A DNA stretch of 64,000 bases from contig CBDCRP010000002.1 of assembly GCA_965221165.1 (NCBI GenBank), forward strand, positions 1,088,001 to 1,152,000, read 5' to 3'. Made by a program: the position numbers and the translations under genes. The notes under the pieces were generated by a model, which was given only the letters and a program-made list of their open reading frames with translations, was not told where the DNA came from and did no database searches. This DNA is from a bacterium (lineage in GTDB: Bacteria; UBA8248). Below, piece by piece: positions 49,499 to 60,250 of this stretch; position 1 is the first letter of the stretch; every line of letters begins with the position of its first letter.

Positions 49499-51235
49499 AT
49501 GGCGGTAGCAACGTCAAGTCGCGGTTCTCTCTGGTTGGGCCTCGTGGGGGCAGTGCGCGGCTGGCGCCATGAAGCCCTTCGCTCGCTTATTTTTCTCGCC
49601 ACCGCCATTATCCTCGGATTTTTTGTCCTCTACCCTCTTGGAATTTTGTTCAAGCGAAGCCTGTACGACTACGACGTACAAGTGTGGACCCTGAACAACT
49701 ACAGGACCTTTTTCTCTGATCCGGAACTTCTCGATGCTTTCTGGACCACGATCAAGCTTGCAATCGGGACATCCATATTTTCCCTCGTTGTAGCGCTTCC
49801 GATGGCGTGGGGAGTTTCCCGGACGGACATGCCTTTCCGGGGATTCATCCGCTCCATGGTGGTGCTCACCTTCGCCACCCCGAGCTTCCTGGGGGCGATT
49901 GGATGGATTGTCCTGCTCGGTCCCCGGGCGGGCATATTGAACAAGGCATTCATGTGGATTTTCTCGACCGACACACCGCTGTTCAACATCTTCAGTTTCG
50001 CCGGGATGACCTTCGTAATGGGGTTGTTCGTCTATCCTTTCCTTTTCTTCTCGGTCGTCTCGGCGCTCGACAACATGGACCCGAGCTACGAGCAGTCCGC
50101 CCGGATCCTGGGTTCCAACAACTTCCGGGTGATGCGGACCGTGACCCTTCCCATTGTCACCCCGGCTATCCTGTCAGGGCTCATACTCGTAATTTTGGAG
50201 AGTTTTGTCGTTTTCGGAGCGCCGGCCATTGTGGGAAACCCTGTCCATATCCAGACCCTATCGACCCAGGTCTATACCCTGTTTTCGAACGATCCGCCCC
50301 AATTCCACATGGCCGCGACGGCAGCGACGCCGATTGTCATCGTGACCGCAATCTTGCTGGTCCTCCAGCGCTTTTATCTGGGGCGGAAGCAATACGTCAC
50401 CATCACCGGCAAATCTCCTCAGCCCCAATTGGTGGATATCGGCCAGTGGAAATATGCTCTCGGGGCATATTCGTTCGGCATCGTCTTCGTGAGCATCATT
50501 CTCCCGATGCTGGCGCTTTTCGAGTCCTCCATCCTGCGCATCTGGGGCGCTCCGCTTTCATTTTCCAATCTCACTTTCGAGAACTACATCAACCTGTTCA
50601 CCACCTCGGACGTCGTGGTGCGCGCGTTCACGAACAGTTTCAAGCTCGCTGTCGGCGCCGCCTTTGTCTGTATCGGGTTTACCTTTGTCATGGCGTGGAT
50701 CGTCGAGCGAACGAATGTGCCCGGAAAGGAGGGCCTCGCGCTGCTTTCGATGATCGGAATGGCGTTTCCCGGGGTCGCCCTCGGGGTGGCGCTCGTGCTC
50801 GCGTTCGCGGGCGGCCCGCTCCCGCTCTACGGCACCCTTTGGCTGTTCCTCATCGGCTACTTCGTCAAGGGAACGCCCATCGCCTTCATGTTCGCCCGGG
50901 CCTCCCTGAAGCAGATTCACGAGGAGCTTGAGCAGAGCTCGCGCGTCCTCGGGGCGCACTGGGCCAAGACGATGAAGGACATCACCCTTCCTCTCATGAA
51001 GAAGGCGTTGCTCTCCGTCGGAACGATCATTTTCTGCCTGAAATTCCGCGAAATGGCGACTTCCATCATGCTCTACACGGGCGGGCTCGAGGTGATCTCG
51101 ATCCTCATCTTCGAATACATCGAAGAGGCGGAGATGGGAACCCTGGGCGCCCTGACGTTCCTCGTATTTTGCGTTAATCTGACTCTTATCGGGCTTTCCC
51201 GCAGAATCGTGGGAAAGGGCGCGTTCGAGATGTGA
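49499..51235 (+). CDS. ABC transporter permease (FbpB-like, duplicated TMD)
   Basis: Two EAA loops (DPSYEQSARILG, EELEQSSRVLG). Confidence 0.9.
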   Translation: MAVATSSRGSLWLGLVGAVRGWRHEALRSLIFLATAIILGFFVLYPLGILFKRSLYDYDVQVWTLNNYRTFFSDPELLDAFWTTIKLAIGTSIFSLVVALPMAWGVSRTDMPFRGFIRSMVVLTFATPSFLGAIGWIVLLGPRAGILNKAFMWIFSTDTPLFNIFSFAGMTFVMGLFVYPFLFFSVVSALDNMDPSYEQSARILGSNNFRVMRTVTLPIVTPAILSGLILVILESFVVFGAPAIVGNPVHIQTLSTQVYTLFSNDPPQFHMAATAATPIVIVTAILLVLQRFYLGRKQYVTITGKSPQPQLVDIGQWKYALGAYSFGIVFVSIILPMLALFESSILRIWGAPLSFSNLTFENYINLFTTSDVVVRAFTNSFKLAVGAAFVCIGFTFVMAWIVERTNVPGKEGLALLSMIGMAFPGVALGVALVLAFAGGPLPLYGTLWLFLIGYFVKGTPIAFMFARASLKQIHEELEQSSRVLGAHWAKTMKDITLPLMKKALLSVGTIIFCLKFREMATSIMLYTGGLEVISILIFEYIEEAEMGTLGALTFLVFCVNLTLIGLSRRIVGKGAFEM

Positions 51236-51247
51236 GGCGGGAAACCG

Positions 51248-52333
51248 ATGCCGGATCTATCCATTAACGGCCTGACGAAGGCCTTCGGCGAGACCATCGC
51301 CGTCAATGACCTTTCGCTCGAATTCAAAGAGGGCGAATCGGTGGTGCTGCTCGGCCCGAGTGGGTGCGGAAAGACCACGCTCCTCAAGCTGATCGCGGGT
51401 TTCCTCCAGCCAGGCGCGGGCGAGATCGCCATTGGCGGCCGGGTCATCTCGACCCGCCACGAGATGCTTCCCCCGGACCACAGGAAAATGTCGATGGTGT
51501 TCCAGTCCTACGCCATCTGGCCGCACAAGTCGGTGTTCCAGAACGTGGCCTACGGGCTCGAAGTGCGGAAGATTAAAAAGGCCGAGATCGAAAGGAAAGT
51601 GATGAACGCCCTTTCCCTCGTCCAACTCGACGGCCTCGAGGGCCGCTACTCCACCGAGCTCTCGGGCGGACAGCAGCAGCGCGTGGCCCTGGCGCGAGCG
51701 ATCGTGGTCGAACCCTCCCTTCTTCTGCTGGACGAGCCTCTCTCGAACCTCGACGCCAACCTCAGGGTTGAGATGCGCGGGGAGCTGGCCGACCTCCACG
51801 ACCGGCTGGGCATCACGTTCATCTACGTCACCCACGATCAGGCCGAGGCGATGGTCCTGGGGGATCGGGTCGTTTTGATGAATCAGGGAGTCATGGTCCA
51901 GCAGGGCCCGCCCGAGGAGATCTACGAGACCCCAAAGACCCGTTTCGCGGCGAATTTCATAGGGACCTCGAACATTTTCACCGGGTCGGTGGCCAGCGGG
52001 GCCGGTGCCAACGGCGCGATCCGGGTGGACACGAAGTTCGGGCCGGTCGCCGTGGCGCTGGGCGCCAGGCAGGCCCCCCCCACGGGGGAGGAGGCGCACT
52101 TCTGCATCCGGTCCGAACTCGTTCAGATTCATCCGGGCGCGCCTTCTCCCGAGTCCAACCGGTATACGGCACGGATCCTCAAGCGGCAGTACTACGGCAA
52201 GCACGTTCAGTACGTCATGGATCTCGCGGGCGAGGAGCTTCAGGTGGAGTCTTTATCGGACATGAACGTCTCGGCGGGATCGGAAGTGACTATCGAATTA
52301 CCTCCGGAGCATTGTGTGTTCCTGGAGGAGTAA
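51248..52333 (+). CDS. ABC transporter ATP-binding protein (FbpC/PotA type, TOBE)
   Basis: [27 protein letters not shown]. Confidence 0.93.
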   Translation: MPDLSINGLTKAFGETIAVNDLSLEFKEGESVVLLGPSGCGKTTLLKLIAGFLQPGAGEIAIGGRVISTRHEMLPPDHRKMSMVFQSYAIWPHKSVFQNVAYGLEVRKIKKAEIERKVMNALSLVQLDGLEGRYSTELSGGQQQRVALARAIVVEPSLLLLDEPLSNLDANLRVEMRGELADLHDRLGITFIYVTHDQAEAMVLGDRVVLMNQGVMVQQGPPEEIYETPKTRFAANFIGTSNIFTGSVASGAGANGAIRVDTKFGPVAVALGARQAPPTGEEAHFCIRSELVQIHPGAPSPESNRYTARILKRQYYGKHVQYVMDLAGEELQVESLSDMNVSAGSEVTIELPPEHCVFLEE

Positions 52334-52381
52334 CCGGAAACCACTCGGTGCATCGGCACACATCACACAGGGGAGAACATC

Positions 52382-52441
52382 ATGGGTAGAAAGCTGTTTG
52401 TCATCGTGGCGGCCGCGGCTTTTGCGGCGGCGGGGTTGCCG
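52382..52441 (+). pseudogene. 5' stub (signal peptide) of a secreted protein interrupted by IS3
   Basis: GGAG RBS, MGRKLFVIVAAAAFAAAGLP ending at the IS terminus. Confidence 0.55.
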
Positions 52442-53714
52442 TGACCTGCCCCCGATAGTTGTACCACTCCCTATGAGAGTCCTGGAACCATGGCCGGAGG
52501 GCGAAGCGGAGCGAAGCCCGGAGGCCATGGTTCATTCGTTTCAGGTGCCGGGGGCCGATAGCCCAGTGAACTGTGCGGCCTGATTCTGTTGTACACATGC
52601 CTCCAGCGCTCCACCAATACTTTTGCTTCATATAGCGTATCGAATCTCTCCAGATTCAGAAGTTCATCCCGCATCTTCCCGTTAAAAGATTCGACATATC
52701 CATTCTCCCAGGGGCTTCCAGGCTCGATGAAGAGCGTCTTCACGCCCAGGCGGGAGAGCCACTCTCTCACGCGTTTCGACGTAAACTCAGGGCCGTTGTC
52801 CGAACGAATGTGCTCGGGGAGCCCCCGCTTTACAAACAACTCGGTCAGCCGGTCTACTACATCCTCTGACTTGAGCTTTCTGCCCACATCAATCGATAAA
52901 CACTCACGCGTGAACTCATCCACCACCACGAGCATCCGAAGAGGGCGCCCATCGCGGGTTCTGTCGGCACAGAAGTCATACGCCCATACATGATTCGGGT
53001 GCTCTGGCCGCCTTCTCACGCAGGAGCCATCATTCAACCACAATCGCCCGCGCTTGGGCTGCTTCTGGGGCACCTTGAGCCCCTCCTGCCGCCAGATGCG
53101 CTCGACTCCTTTGTAGTTCACCCGCCAGCCGTCCAGCCACAACAGCCTAGTCACCCGGCGATACCCATAGCGCCCATACAGGCTCGCCAGCTCCACCACA
53201 CGGGCGGTGAGCCTCTCCTCATCGTCCCTGCAACGGGGCTGGTAGCGCTGTGTCGAGCGAGCTTGCCTCACGACACGGCAGGCATGCCGCTCGGACACGC
53301 GAAAGCGCTCATATACACGCTCCACAGCCCGCCTCCTCTTGGGCGGGCTCAGAAGTTTCCCGAGGCGACCTCCTTGAGAATGGCATTGTCCAGTGCCTGG
53401 TCAGCCACGAGCTTCTTGAGGCGGCCGTTCTCGCGCTCGAGTTCCTTGAGGCGCTTGGCTTGATCGAGGCGAAGCCCCCCGTACTCTTTCCTCCAGCGGT
53501 AATACGTCTGCTCGGAAACTTCGATCTTCTTGCAGGCTTCAGGGACACTCCGCCCTTGGGAAAGCAGGATCTCAGCTTCTCTCAGCTTGCCGATAATCTG
53601 CTCTGCGGTGTGGCGCTTCTTGCTCATGTAAATCCCCCCGATACGGGCGATCATACCGAAAGAGTACCGAAAATCCTCTCATTCAGCATGGACCGGTTTG
53701 AGGGGGGCAGATCA
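52442..53714 (-). mobile_element. IS3-family element (orfA 53349..53627, orfB 52471..53325, -1 frameshift)
   Basis: TIRs TGACCTGCCCCC / TGATCTGCCCCC; W.YDF, SDNGPEF, ESFNG DDE motifs; no target duplication seen. Confidence 0.93.
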
Positions 53715-53809
53715 GTATTGTATTCAGCGGTCGACCCGGTAAATCAAGATTGATTTCAGAATTTAAGACACAAGCCGTTCGGTTGTAAAGCGTATAATCC
53801 TGAGAGAAG

Positions 53810-54027
53810 ACTGGACCGAGCGCTATCGCACCACCCCCGTGCTCATTGAGACCTTCGTCGAGACCCCGCGCTACACCGTCGCCGTCTACAGGGCATCGGG
53901 CTGGAGCCACGTCGGTACGACCCAGGGACGCGGACGCTACGACAGGCGCAAACGCTACGACAAGCCCAAGAAGGACATCTGGCTGCAGCCGCTGCGGAGA
54001 AACTGGAAGCATATCCTCAATCGCTGA
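53810..54027 (+). pseudogene. DUF4338-domain C-terminal fragment
   Basis: LIETFVETPRY...YRASGW.HVG.TQGRGRYDR...K.IWL.PL. Confidence 0.65.
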
Positions 54028-54534
54028 AATACCTGCCATCACCCCGCGACTGAATGTTTACCCCGACAAGCGCGGACATGTCGTGCCTGGATATTGATCA
54101 AATCCGGTTGCAAAACGATTACGCTACCTGGCAAGACATAATCAGGCGGGTTGCGGTGAGCACTGATAAAGAATTGAAAAATAAATAGATAAACGATATT
54201 TGAGAGCGTGGAAATTCCCTGGAACTGCACAAGAACGACGCAGGTCGTGAAGCCGCACGTCATGAAGGCCCGCCCGCGCCCGGATGCGTTGCCAGGGATG
54301 GTCGATCTGGCGCATGTGCGTCCCCGGCTTCCTGCCGGGTATGACCCATGAATTGACCTACCACCGAAGAACGGAGAAAGAATTTTTCGATACCCTTGAT
54401 CGCATTCTGATGTTCGCCCTTTGCCACGACGAATTCCCCCGCTCGATATTTTGGGTATAAATCAAGCGATCAAAATCGATAAGAACCGCTTGCGGTTTCG
54501 CGGCGGAGTTCGCAAACAAAGCTGGCGTGCGCCG

Positions 54535-54864
54535 TCAGCCTGGATTCGCCATCACCGCATCTTTACCTTGCCGCCCGTCAACATGGAGCGTGACCCGCAG
54601 ACCGCCGTCGAGGGCAGCAAGCATCTTCATCAGCCGGTCCAGCGTAAACCGCCCCAGGTCCGCGTTGCGAATGCGCGAGAAATCGGCCGCGGCGAAGCGG
54701 GTCAGGGCGGCGGCCTTTCTCACCGAAAGCCCGCGGTCGTCCAGCACCGCGATGATCCGGGCCGCGAGAATCGCCTTGGCCTGTTTCAGGTCCGCAAGCG
54801 GATCGTCGAGGTCGCGAAACACATTACCGCTTCCCTCGATTAGTTCGAAATCGCTTTCACTCAT
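54535..54864 (-). CDS. XRE/HTH antitoxin
   Basis: GSGNVFRDL, KAILAARI, ADFSRIR...RFTLDRL; overlaps the toxin stop. Confidence 0.85.
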   Translation of the reverse strand: MSESDFELIEGSGNVFRDLDDPLADLKQAKAILAARIIAVLDDRGLSVRKAAALTRFAAADFSRIRNADLGRFTLDRLMKMLAALDGGLRVTLHVDGRQGKDAVMANPG

Positions 54865-55226
54865 GGCAACAACTCCCTTTTCAGTCGCCCCAGCCGGTCC
54901 CTCACCAGATCGATCTCGGCCTTCGGAGTCTTAATCCCCGTTTTCGATTTCTTCCGGAACGCGTGGATCACCCATAGCCGTCCCGCAACTTCCGTCACGT
55001 AGACGACCCGCCAAGCATCGGTCCGGTACCGCACGGCGATTTCCATGACACCCGGCCCGAGACCCTTCAGCGGTTTCACGATGTCCGCTTTGCCGCCTTC
55101 AGCCGCAATCGTCAGCGCCGTGTTGACGCGATCCCGAACGGTCACGGGGAACGTCTCGAAAACCTTTCGCGCAGCCCTGACCCAGCCGATCGGCCTCGTA
55201 TTGTGGTTCATTCCGGATGTTGTCAT
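54861..55226 (-). CDS. RelE/ParE (Gp49/DUF891-like) toxin
   Basis: KPLKGLGPGVMEI, WRVVY, HAFRKKSKTGIKTP. Confidence 0.85.
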   Translation of the reverse strand: MTTSGMNHNTRPIGWVRAARKVFETFPVTVRDRVNTALTIAAEGGKADIVKPLKGLGPGVMEIAVRYRTDAWRVVYVTEVAGRLWVIHAFRKKSKTGIKTPKAEIDLVRDRLGRLKRELLP

Positions 55227-55362
55227 TATTGACTACACATGTCAAGCAAGCTAGGCGAGGTGACGCGGGATAGCGGATTCCTACCCCGGACACGGCTGCC
55301 GGGCCGCGCGCAAAACCCGACGGTGCACACTTCCGGCACCGACCCTCGCGGCACGCGACACC

Positions 55363-55510
55363 TCATTTCCGGTACCCCGACAGGAAATCGGCTGCAATAC
55401 TGTCGCCGAACCGTTCCGCCGACTCCCGCACCGAATCCTGCGCTAGGTGCGCATGCATCGCGGTCGTTTCTACCTGCGTGTGACCGAACAGCCGGCCGAG
55501 CATCATCGGA
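55363..55510 (-). pseudogene. C-terminal remnant of a second tyrosine integrase
   Basis: Minus frame reads GRLFGHTQVETTAMHAHLAQDSVRESAERFGDSIAADF; catalytic Tyr of the TTARYAH motif replaced. Confidence 0.65.
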
Positions 55511-55580
55511 TGGCTTTCGGCCTGCGCCAGCGTCCCTCGACGCGCAGCCGTGGCTTAAATTGCGTTCGCATTACCCTTTT

Positions 55581-56703
55581 TCATATCACAGCGGTTTCGG
55601 CGGTAGCGTCCACGTTCATCAAGGCATCGATCCTGTCGGCGATGCGCTGTGAGGGTTCGCGGAGCTGCTCCACGGTCCAGTCGGCGGCGTAGCCTTCGGT
55701 GATGTCATCATCACGGGCATGGTTGACCAGCCGTTTGGTCAGCGAGCGCGGCAGCATCAGTTCGCGCTCCGCCACCGTGATGAAGACATTGCGCAGGCCG
55801 TGGAACCAGAACCGGGTCCCGGCGGCGCGCCCGATATCGACGTAATACTGGTGAATGCCGCCGAGATGGCCCGTCGAACTCATGGAGGACGGGAACACCC
55901 AGCCGTCCGGGTCCTCTCCGTCCGCCCGGCGGCGCTCGAAGATCGCCGCCAGCTGCCGGGTCATGGGAAGCTCCAGCGGTTCCCCGGTCTTGGTCTCATC
56001 GACCCGCAGGATACGCCGCTCCAGTTCCAGGCGCTCCCATCTGAGGGAGACGATCTCGCCCAGGCGCATGCCGGTGTAGACCCCGACCAGGAAGATGTCG
56101 CGGTGCGCGGGCGGAAGCCCGACGGCATCCACACCGGCTCGCCAGCGCGGCAGCACCTCGGAAGGGGCGGAGATGCGCCGCCGCCGCTTGGGGTGGTAGC
56201 GCCCGCCCCCGGCGAGCCAGAGTTCCACCGGGTTGAGCAAGCCCTCGTGATCGACGCAGGACCGGCGGTAGATGGAACGCAGCAGTGAAATCGTCTGATT
56301 GGCGCCCGCCCAGCCGTGCTCCTCGGTGATGAGGTTGAACCGCCCCTCGATGTCCCTCCGGGTAATGGCGTCGAGCGGACGGTTGTGCCAGCCGTGGAGA
56401 TTGATCCGCATGTTCTGGTGGTAGCGCTCCACCGTCCTTGCCTTGCGGTTGGGGTTGGCGGCCATGTAGTCATCGAACGCTTCTCGGAGGGTCGGCATTC
56501 TCCGCGCTTCTACGCGTTCTGAGGCGGGGTCGTCCCCTCCGGCGACGCGGCCGAGCAGTTCCTGGGCCATGCGCCGCGCCTTGTCGGGGGTTATGCGTCC
56601 GTAGCGCCCGAGGGTGACGCGCTTGTTGGGCACCTTGCGCCCGCCGTCTCCGGCGCGGTAGTTGACGACGAAGGTCCTGGTGCCCGAAGGCTGGACGCGA
56701 AGT
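55581..56703 (-). CDS. Tyrosine recombinase/integrase with N-terminally truncated arm-binding domain
   Basis: LRVQPSGTRTFVVNYR...TLGRYG, YTGMRLGEI, TKTG, HGLR, LVNH, TEGY; stop codon just upstream of 56703. Confidence 0.82.
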
Positions 56704-56945
56704 CTTGCCGCTGCTCAAGGATGTGGAACCGGTTATTTTGGCTGATCCCCGAGAAAGCGAGTGAAAAACATTCTTTGGCATGTCATTTTCTTGTGGCGAC
56801 AGAACAAGGAGAATGGGTGGGGTATGGGATGAATAGAACATTCCCGCGCGATGAGCGAACAAATGCGCAACTGCAAAATTTAATCGAGGTTCTCGTTTTC
56901 GCCGATCCCGTATCGGGCGATGAAAATCCATAAAAGGAGGTTGGA

Positions 56946-58208
56946 ATGCCAGGCTATCCCGTAAACAGCAACTTGGAGCCCACCACCGAGCACTGGAGGA
57001 TATCGCAGCATTGTTTCTCCGAGGAAATCCGCTCGCAGATGACGCTTTCAGATGAATTTCAGCTTTGCGACATCACCTTGAGAGAAGGCAGGCAGTTGCC
57101 CGGCGTGTCCCTGAGGCGAGATGAAGTCATCCGCATTGCCGATGCGCTCGTCGACGCCGGCGTGAGCATGGTGCAGATGCACCACGACGATCCCCTGGAA
57201 ATGGAGGAGGTGAAAAAACGACACCCGGACCTCATCGTGGAAGCCCTCGTGCACCCCACCGCCGTCCTGAACCCCGAACTCGCCAAGGTGGAAGTCGACC
57301 TGAACGTGAACCACGGCGCGGATTACACGACCCTTTGTTTTTCCTTCTCGCCGAACCAGATGTGCCTGTTCGAATCGATGGCCGGAGACCCGGACATCAC
57401 CATCGAGCAAGCCATCGAACGCGCCTGCGGCTCCGTGGCCTACGCCCGGGAGAAATCCGGCCCCGACAAGAAAGTGGGCTGCCTGATCCAGGACTGCACG
57501 CGCATCCCCATCGAACGCCTGGCCGAAGTATGCGGCAAGCTCGTGGACGCAGGCGCCGACATGATCAAGCTCGACGACATCAACGGCATGGCCATCACGC
57601 CGGTATACACGTACGTCGTCCGCGAGATGAAGCGCCTGCTGCCCGGCACGCAAATCGGCCTCCACACCCACAACGACATCGGCATGGCGTGCGCCGCCTT
57701 GTATGCGGGTCTCGAAGGCGGCGCGGATTTGATCGACGCCTGCGTGAACGGGCTGGGCGAGCGCGCGCACATCGCGCCCCTGGCCGAAGTCGCCGCCGTG
57801 ATTCAGATTTATTACGGCATCGACTGCGGGATTAAACTCGATAAAATGTATGAGCTTTCCAGGCTCGTCTCCGACATCATGAAATGGCCCATGACGGACA
57901 CCATGCCCTTCGTCGGCAAAATGGCGTTCTCACACCTGGTCGAGGTGCACTATTGCGTGCCCGACACGGAAGAAGGCTTTTGGGCCTATTCGTGCATGAA
58001 GCCCGGGATTTTCGGAAACGGCATGCACAATCTTTTAGGACACTATTCCGGCAACTGGGCCATACGCACCAAGGCGCGGGAGTTGGGCCTCGATCTCCCG
58101 CAAGAGAAAGAAAAAGACGTGGTCGAGCGGGTTCGCACGGAGATCCGCTGGCGCAAGCGACAATTGGAGAATGAGGAATTCGAAGCCATCGTCCGGGAAG
58201 TTTGCTGA
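56946..58208 (+). CDS. DRE-TIM metallolyase (isopropylmalate/homocitrate synthase-like)
   Basis: DITLREG.Q, HTHND.G.A, NGLGERA, VGKMAFSH. Confidence 0.82.
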   Translation: MPGYPVNSNLEPTTEHWRISQHCFSEEIRSQMTLSDEFQLCDITLREGRQLPGVSLRRDEVIRIADALVDAGVSMVQMHHDDPLEMEEVKKRHPDLIVEALVHPTAVLNPELAKVEVDLNVNHGADYTTLCFSFSPNQMCLFESMAGDPDITIEQAIERACGSVAYAREKSGPDKKVGCLIQDCTRIPIERLAEVCGKLVDAGADMIKLDDINGMAITPVYTYVVREMKRLLPGTQIGLHTHNDIGMACAALYAGLEGGADLIDACVNGLGERAHIAPLAEVAAVIQIYYGIDCGIKLDKMYELSRLVSDIMKWPMTDTMPFVGKMAFSHLVEVHYCVPDTEEGFWAYSCMKPGIFGNGMHNLLGHYSGNWAIRTKARELGLDLPQEKEKDVVERVRTEIRWRKRQLENEEFEAIVREVC

Positions 58209-58275
58209 GAAAAAGCGCTTTTTCGACGAAATACGCATAGTACCTCAGAGTTTATTCACCAAGTAAGGAGAAAGC

Positions 58276-59051
58276 ATGAAACTCGAAGGCAAAGTCGCAT
58301 TCATTACGGGCGCATCCGGCGGCATCGGCGGCGCCGTCGCGCGCACTTTCGCAAGCGAGGGGGCAAATCTCGCTCTGGCCGCCCGCTCCGTGGATAAACT
58401 CGAAGCGCTCGCCGAGGAGATAGAGGCCATGGGGCGAAGAGCCCTCGTCTGCCCGTGCGACGTCATGAAGGACGAGGACATTCTCGATTCGCTGCGCAAA
58501 ACGGCCAGTGCGCTCGGCCCCATCGACATCCTGGTGAACAACGCAGGCATCGTGAGCTTCGAGGCGGTGCACGAGCTTCCCGACGCGGTATGGGAGCGCA
58601 CCATGCAAATCAACGCGAAGGCGCCGTTCACGGCGATTCGTGAAGTCCTGCCCTCGATGCTGGAGCGAAAATCCAGAAAGATCATCAACGTGGCGTCGGT
58701 TTCGGGCAAAATCGGTCTGGCCTATCGGAGCGCCTACGCGGCGTCGAAACACGCCGTTTTGGGCCTCACCAAAGCGCTCTCCGCCGAAGTCGCCCCGTTC
58801 GGCATCACGGCGAACTGCATCTGCCCTACTTTCGCTCTACCGGCATGTTCGAGGAAAGCATCCAGAAGTGGGCCGACGAAACGGGCAAGACCTTTGAGGA
58901 ACAGGCGGAGGAGTTGAGAAACAGGGTGCCGATGAAGCGCTTCATCGATTCGGAAGAATGCGCCCCGCTGGCGCTTCTGCTGGCGTGTGACGATTCAGGC
59001 GGCATCACCGGCCAGGCAATCAACGTGGACGGCGGTTTCGTTCAATTCTAA
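58276..59051 (+). pseudogene. SDR oxidoreductase with a 1-nt frameshift near 58834
   Basis: TGASGGIG, NNAG, YAASK; C-terminus (MFEES...ITGQAINVDGG) continues in another frame. Confidence 0.75.
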
Positions 59052-59064
59052 AACGAGAGACCAA

Positions 59065-59152
59065 ATGCGTCTGAGGGATAAGGTAGCCATTATCACGGGA
59101 ACGGGAAGCGGTTTGGGCGAGGCCACGGCCAGGCGCTTCGCGTCCGAGGGCT
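59065..59152 (+). pseudogene. N-terminal stub of a second SDR
   Basis: MRLRDKVAIITGTGSGLGEATARRFASEG, then homology stops. Confidence 0.65.
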
Positions 59153-59225
59153 TCCCGACTAAACGGTGGGAGTTGGTCTGTCCAATACCGGACATTGTCG
59201 GGTCGGATACCCCGAGGCCCAAACA

Positions 59226-59906
59226 TCAAGGCTTATCCTCAAGCGGATGAAAAACACCCGTATCCGGATTCGCCGCCCACAAATGACCGGTATCAAGATC
59301 GAACCACCATCCGTGCAAAGCAAGGTCACCTCCATCGACCCGCTGTCGGATCCAAGGATAAGAGCGAAGATTGGTCAAGGAATTTAGAATGGAACGCTGC
59401 TCGACTAATGGAGCAATCTCAGCCGCTCCGCCGATCTCCTCCTTCGAGATGCAGGATAAAACCTCACGACAAACAGTATCTGCAGTCGCCAGCCAAGGGC
59501 CGAAAAACTCGAACTCCGGCAAGTCGACACCTAGAGCCGCGTCGATCGCCGCCGCGATCCCGCCGCAATGAGCATGACCAAAAACCACTATATGCGAAAC
59601 CGCAAGCGATTTTACCCCATACTCGACCGCCGCCATGATCCCTGCCCCGTGCATGGGCGCTTCGCGGGGACGATAGGGCGGCACCAGATTAGCGACGTTG
59701 CGGACAGTGAAAAGCTCGCCCGGACGGGCGCCCCAGAGCAACGCAGGATCTACGCGCGAATCACTACATCCGATTACCAGAATTTGAGGATTCTGTCCGA
59801 CGGCTAACTCCGGCATGAGGGACTCGTCGCCCTCATATTCCCTCTTGCGGAAAGCCTGCGCCCCTTTAACTAGGATAGACATGCAGTTGACGTTTAAATC
59901 GTTCAA
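59226..59906 (-). CDS. Beta-class carbonic anhydrase
   Basis: GCSDSRV, RNVANLVP, GHAHCGG zinc ligands; start uncertain. Confidence 0.9.
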   Translation of the reverse strand: MNDLNVNCMSILVKGAQAFRKREYEGDESLMPELAVGQNPQILVIGCSDSRVDPALLWGARPGELFTVRNVANLVPPYRPREAPMHGAGIMAAVEYGVKSLAVSHIVVFGHAHCGGIAAAIDAALGVDLPEFEFFGPWLATADTVCREVLSCISKEEIGGAAEIAPLVEQRSILNSLTNLRSYPWIRQRVDGGDLALHGWWFDLDTGHLWAANPDTGVFHPLEDKP

Positions 59907-60250
59907 CTCGCGCTTCCGTTTAAGTGTGTTTTGAGAGTAAGGATTTCACGAACTTTATATCCGATGTTCAGAAACCCATGCAAGCTGTTCAACGGGCCTA
60001 CCACTCTCGCCTCTACTTTCATCTCTTTCGTTTCCATCCAGCCGAAACGCTGCGGCCTCAAAACGCTCCGCTTGCATTTTTCCGTCCTGCATGACACCCT
60101 TTTCTGCTCATGAATTACTGTTCGACCGATGTTTGAGACAGCGTATTCTCCGCCGCTTCATTCACTTTTCAGGAGATAAGCATCTGTATGTTCTCGACAT
60201 GAAATCAGAAAACTGAATCCGAGATGTCACATATTGGAGAGGAAACCGCC

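Larger units (their letters stand above)
33700..56703. mobile_element. Decayed genomic island / mosaic of mobile DNA (boundaries approximate)
   Basis: Composition shifts, IS3 x2, IS1016-group IS, VapE fragment, DUF4338 fragment, TA pair and tyrosine integrases at the right end. Confidence 0.5.

Noticed and set aside
53810-54027. Druantia defence system suggested by the DUF4338 fragment
   Set aside because: Only a short C-terminal remnant with no other Druantia genes; more likely IS-associated debris
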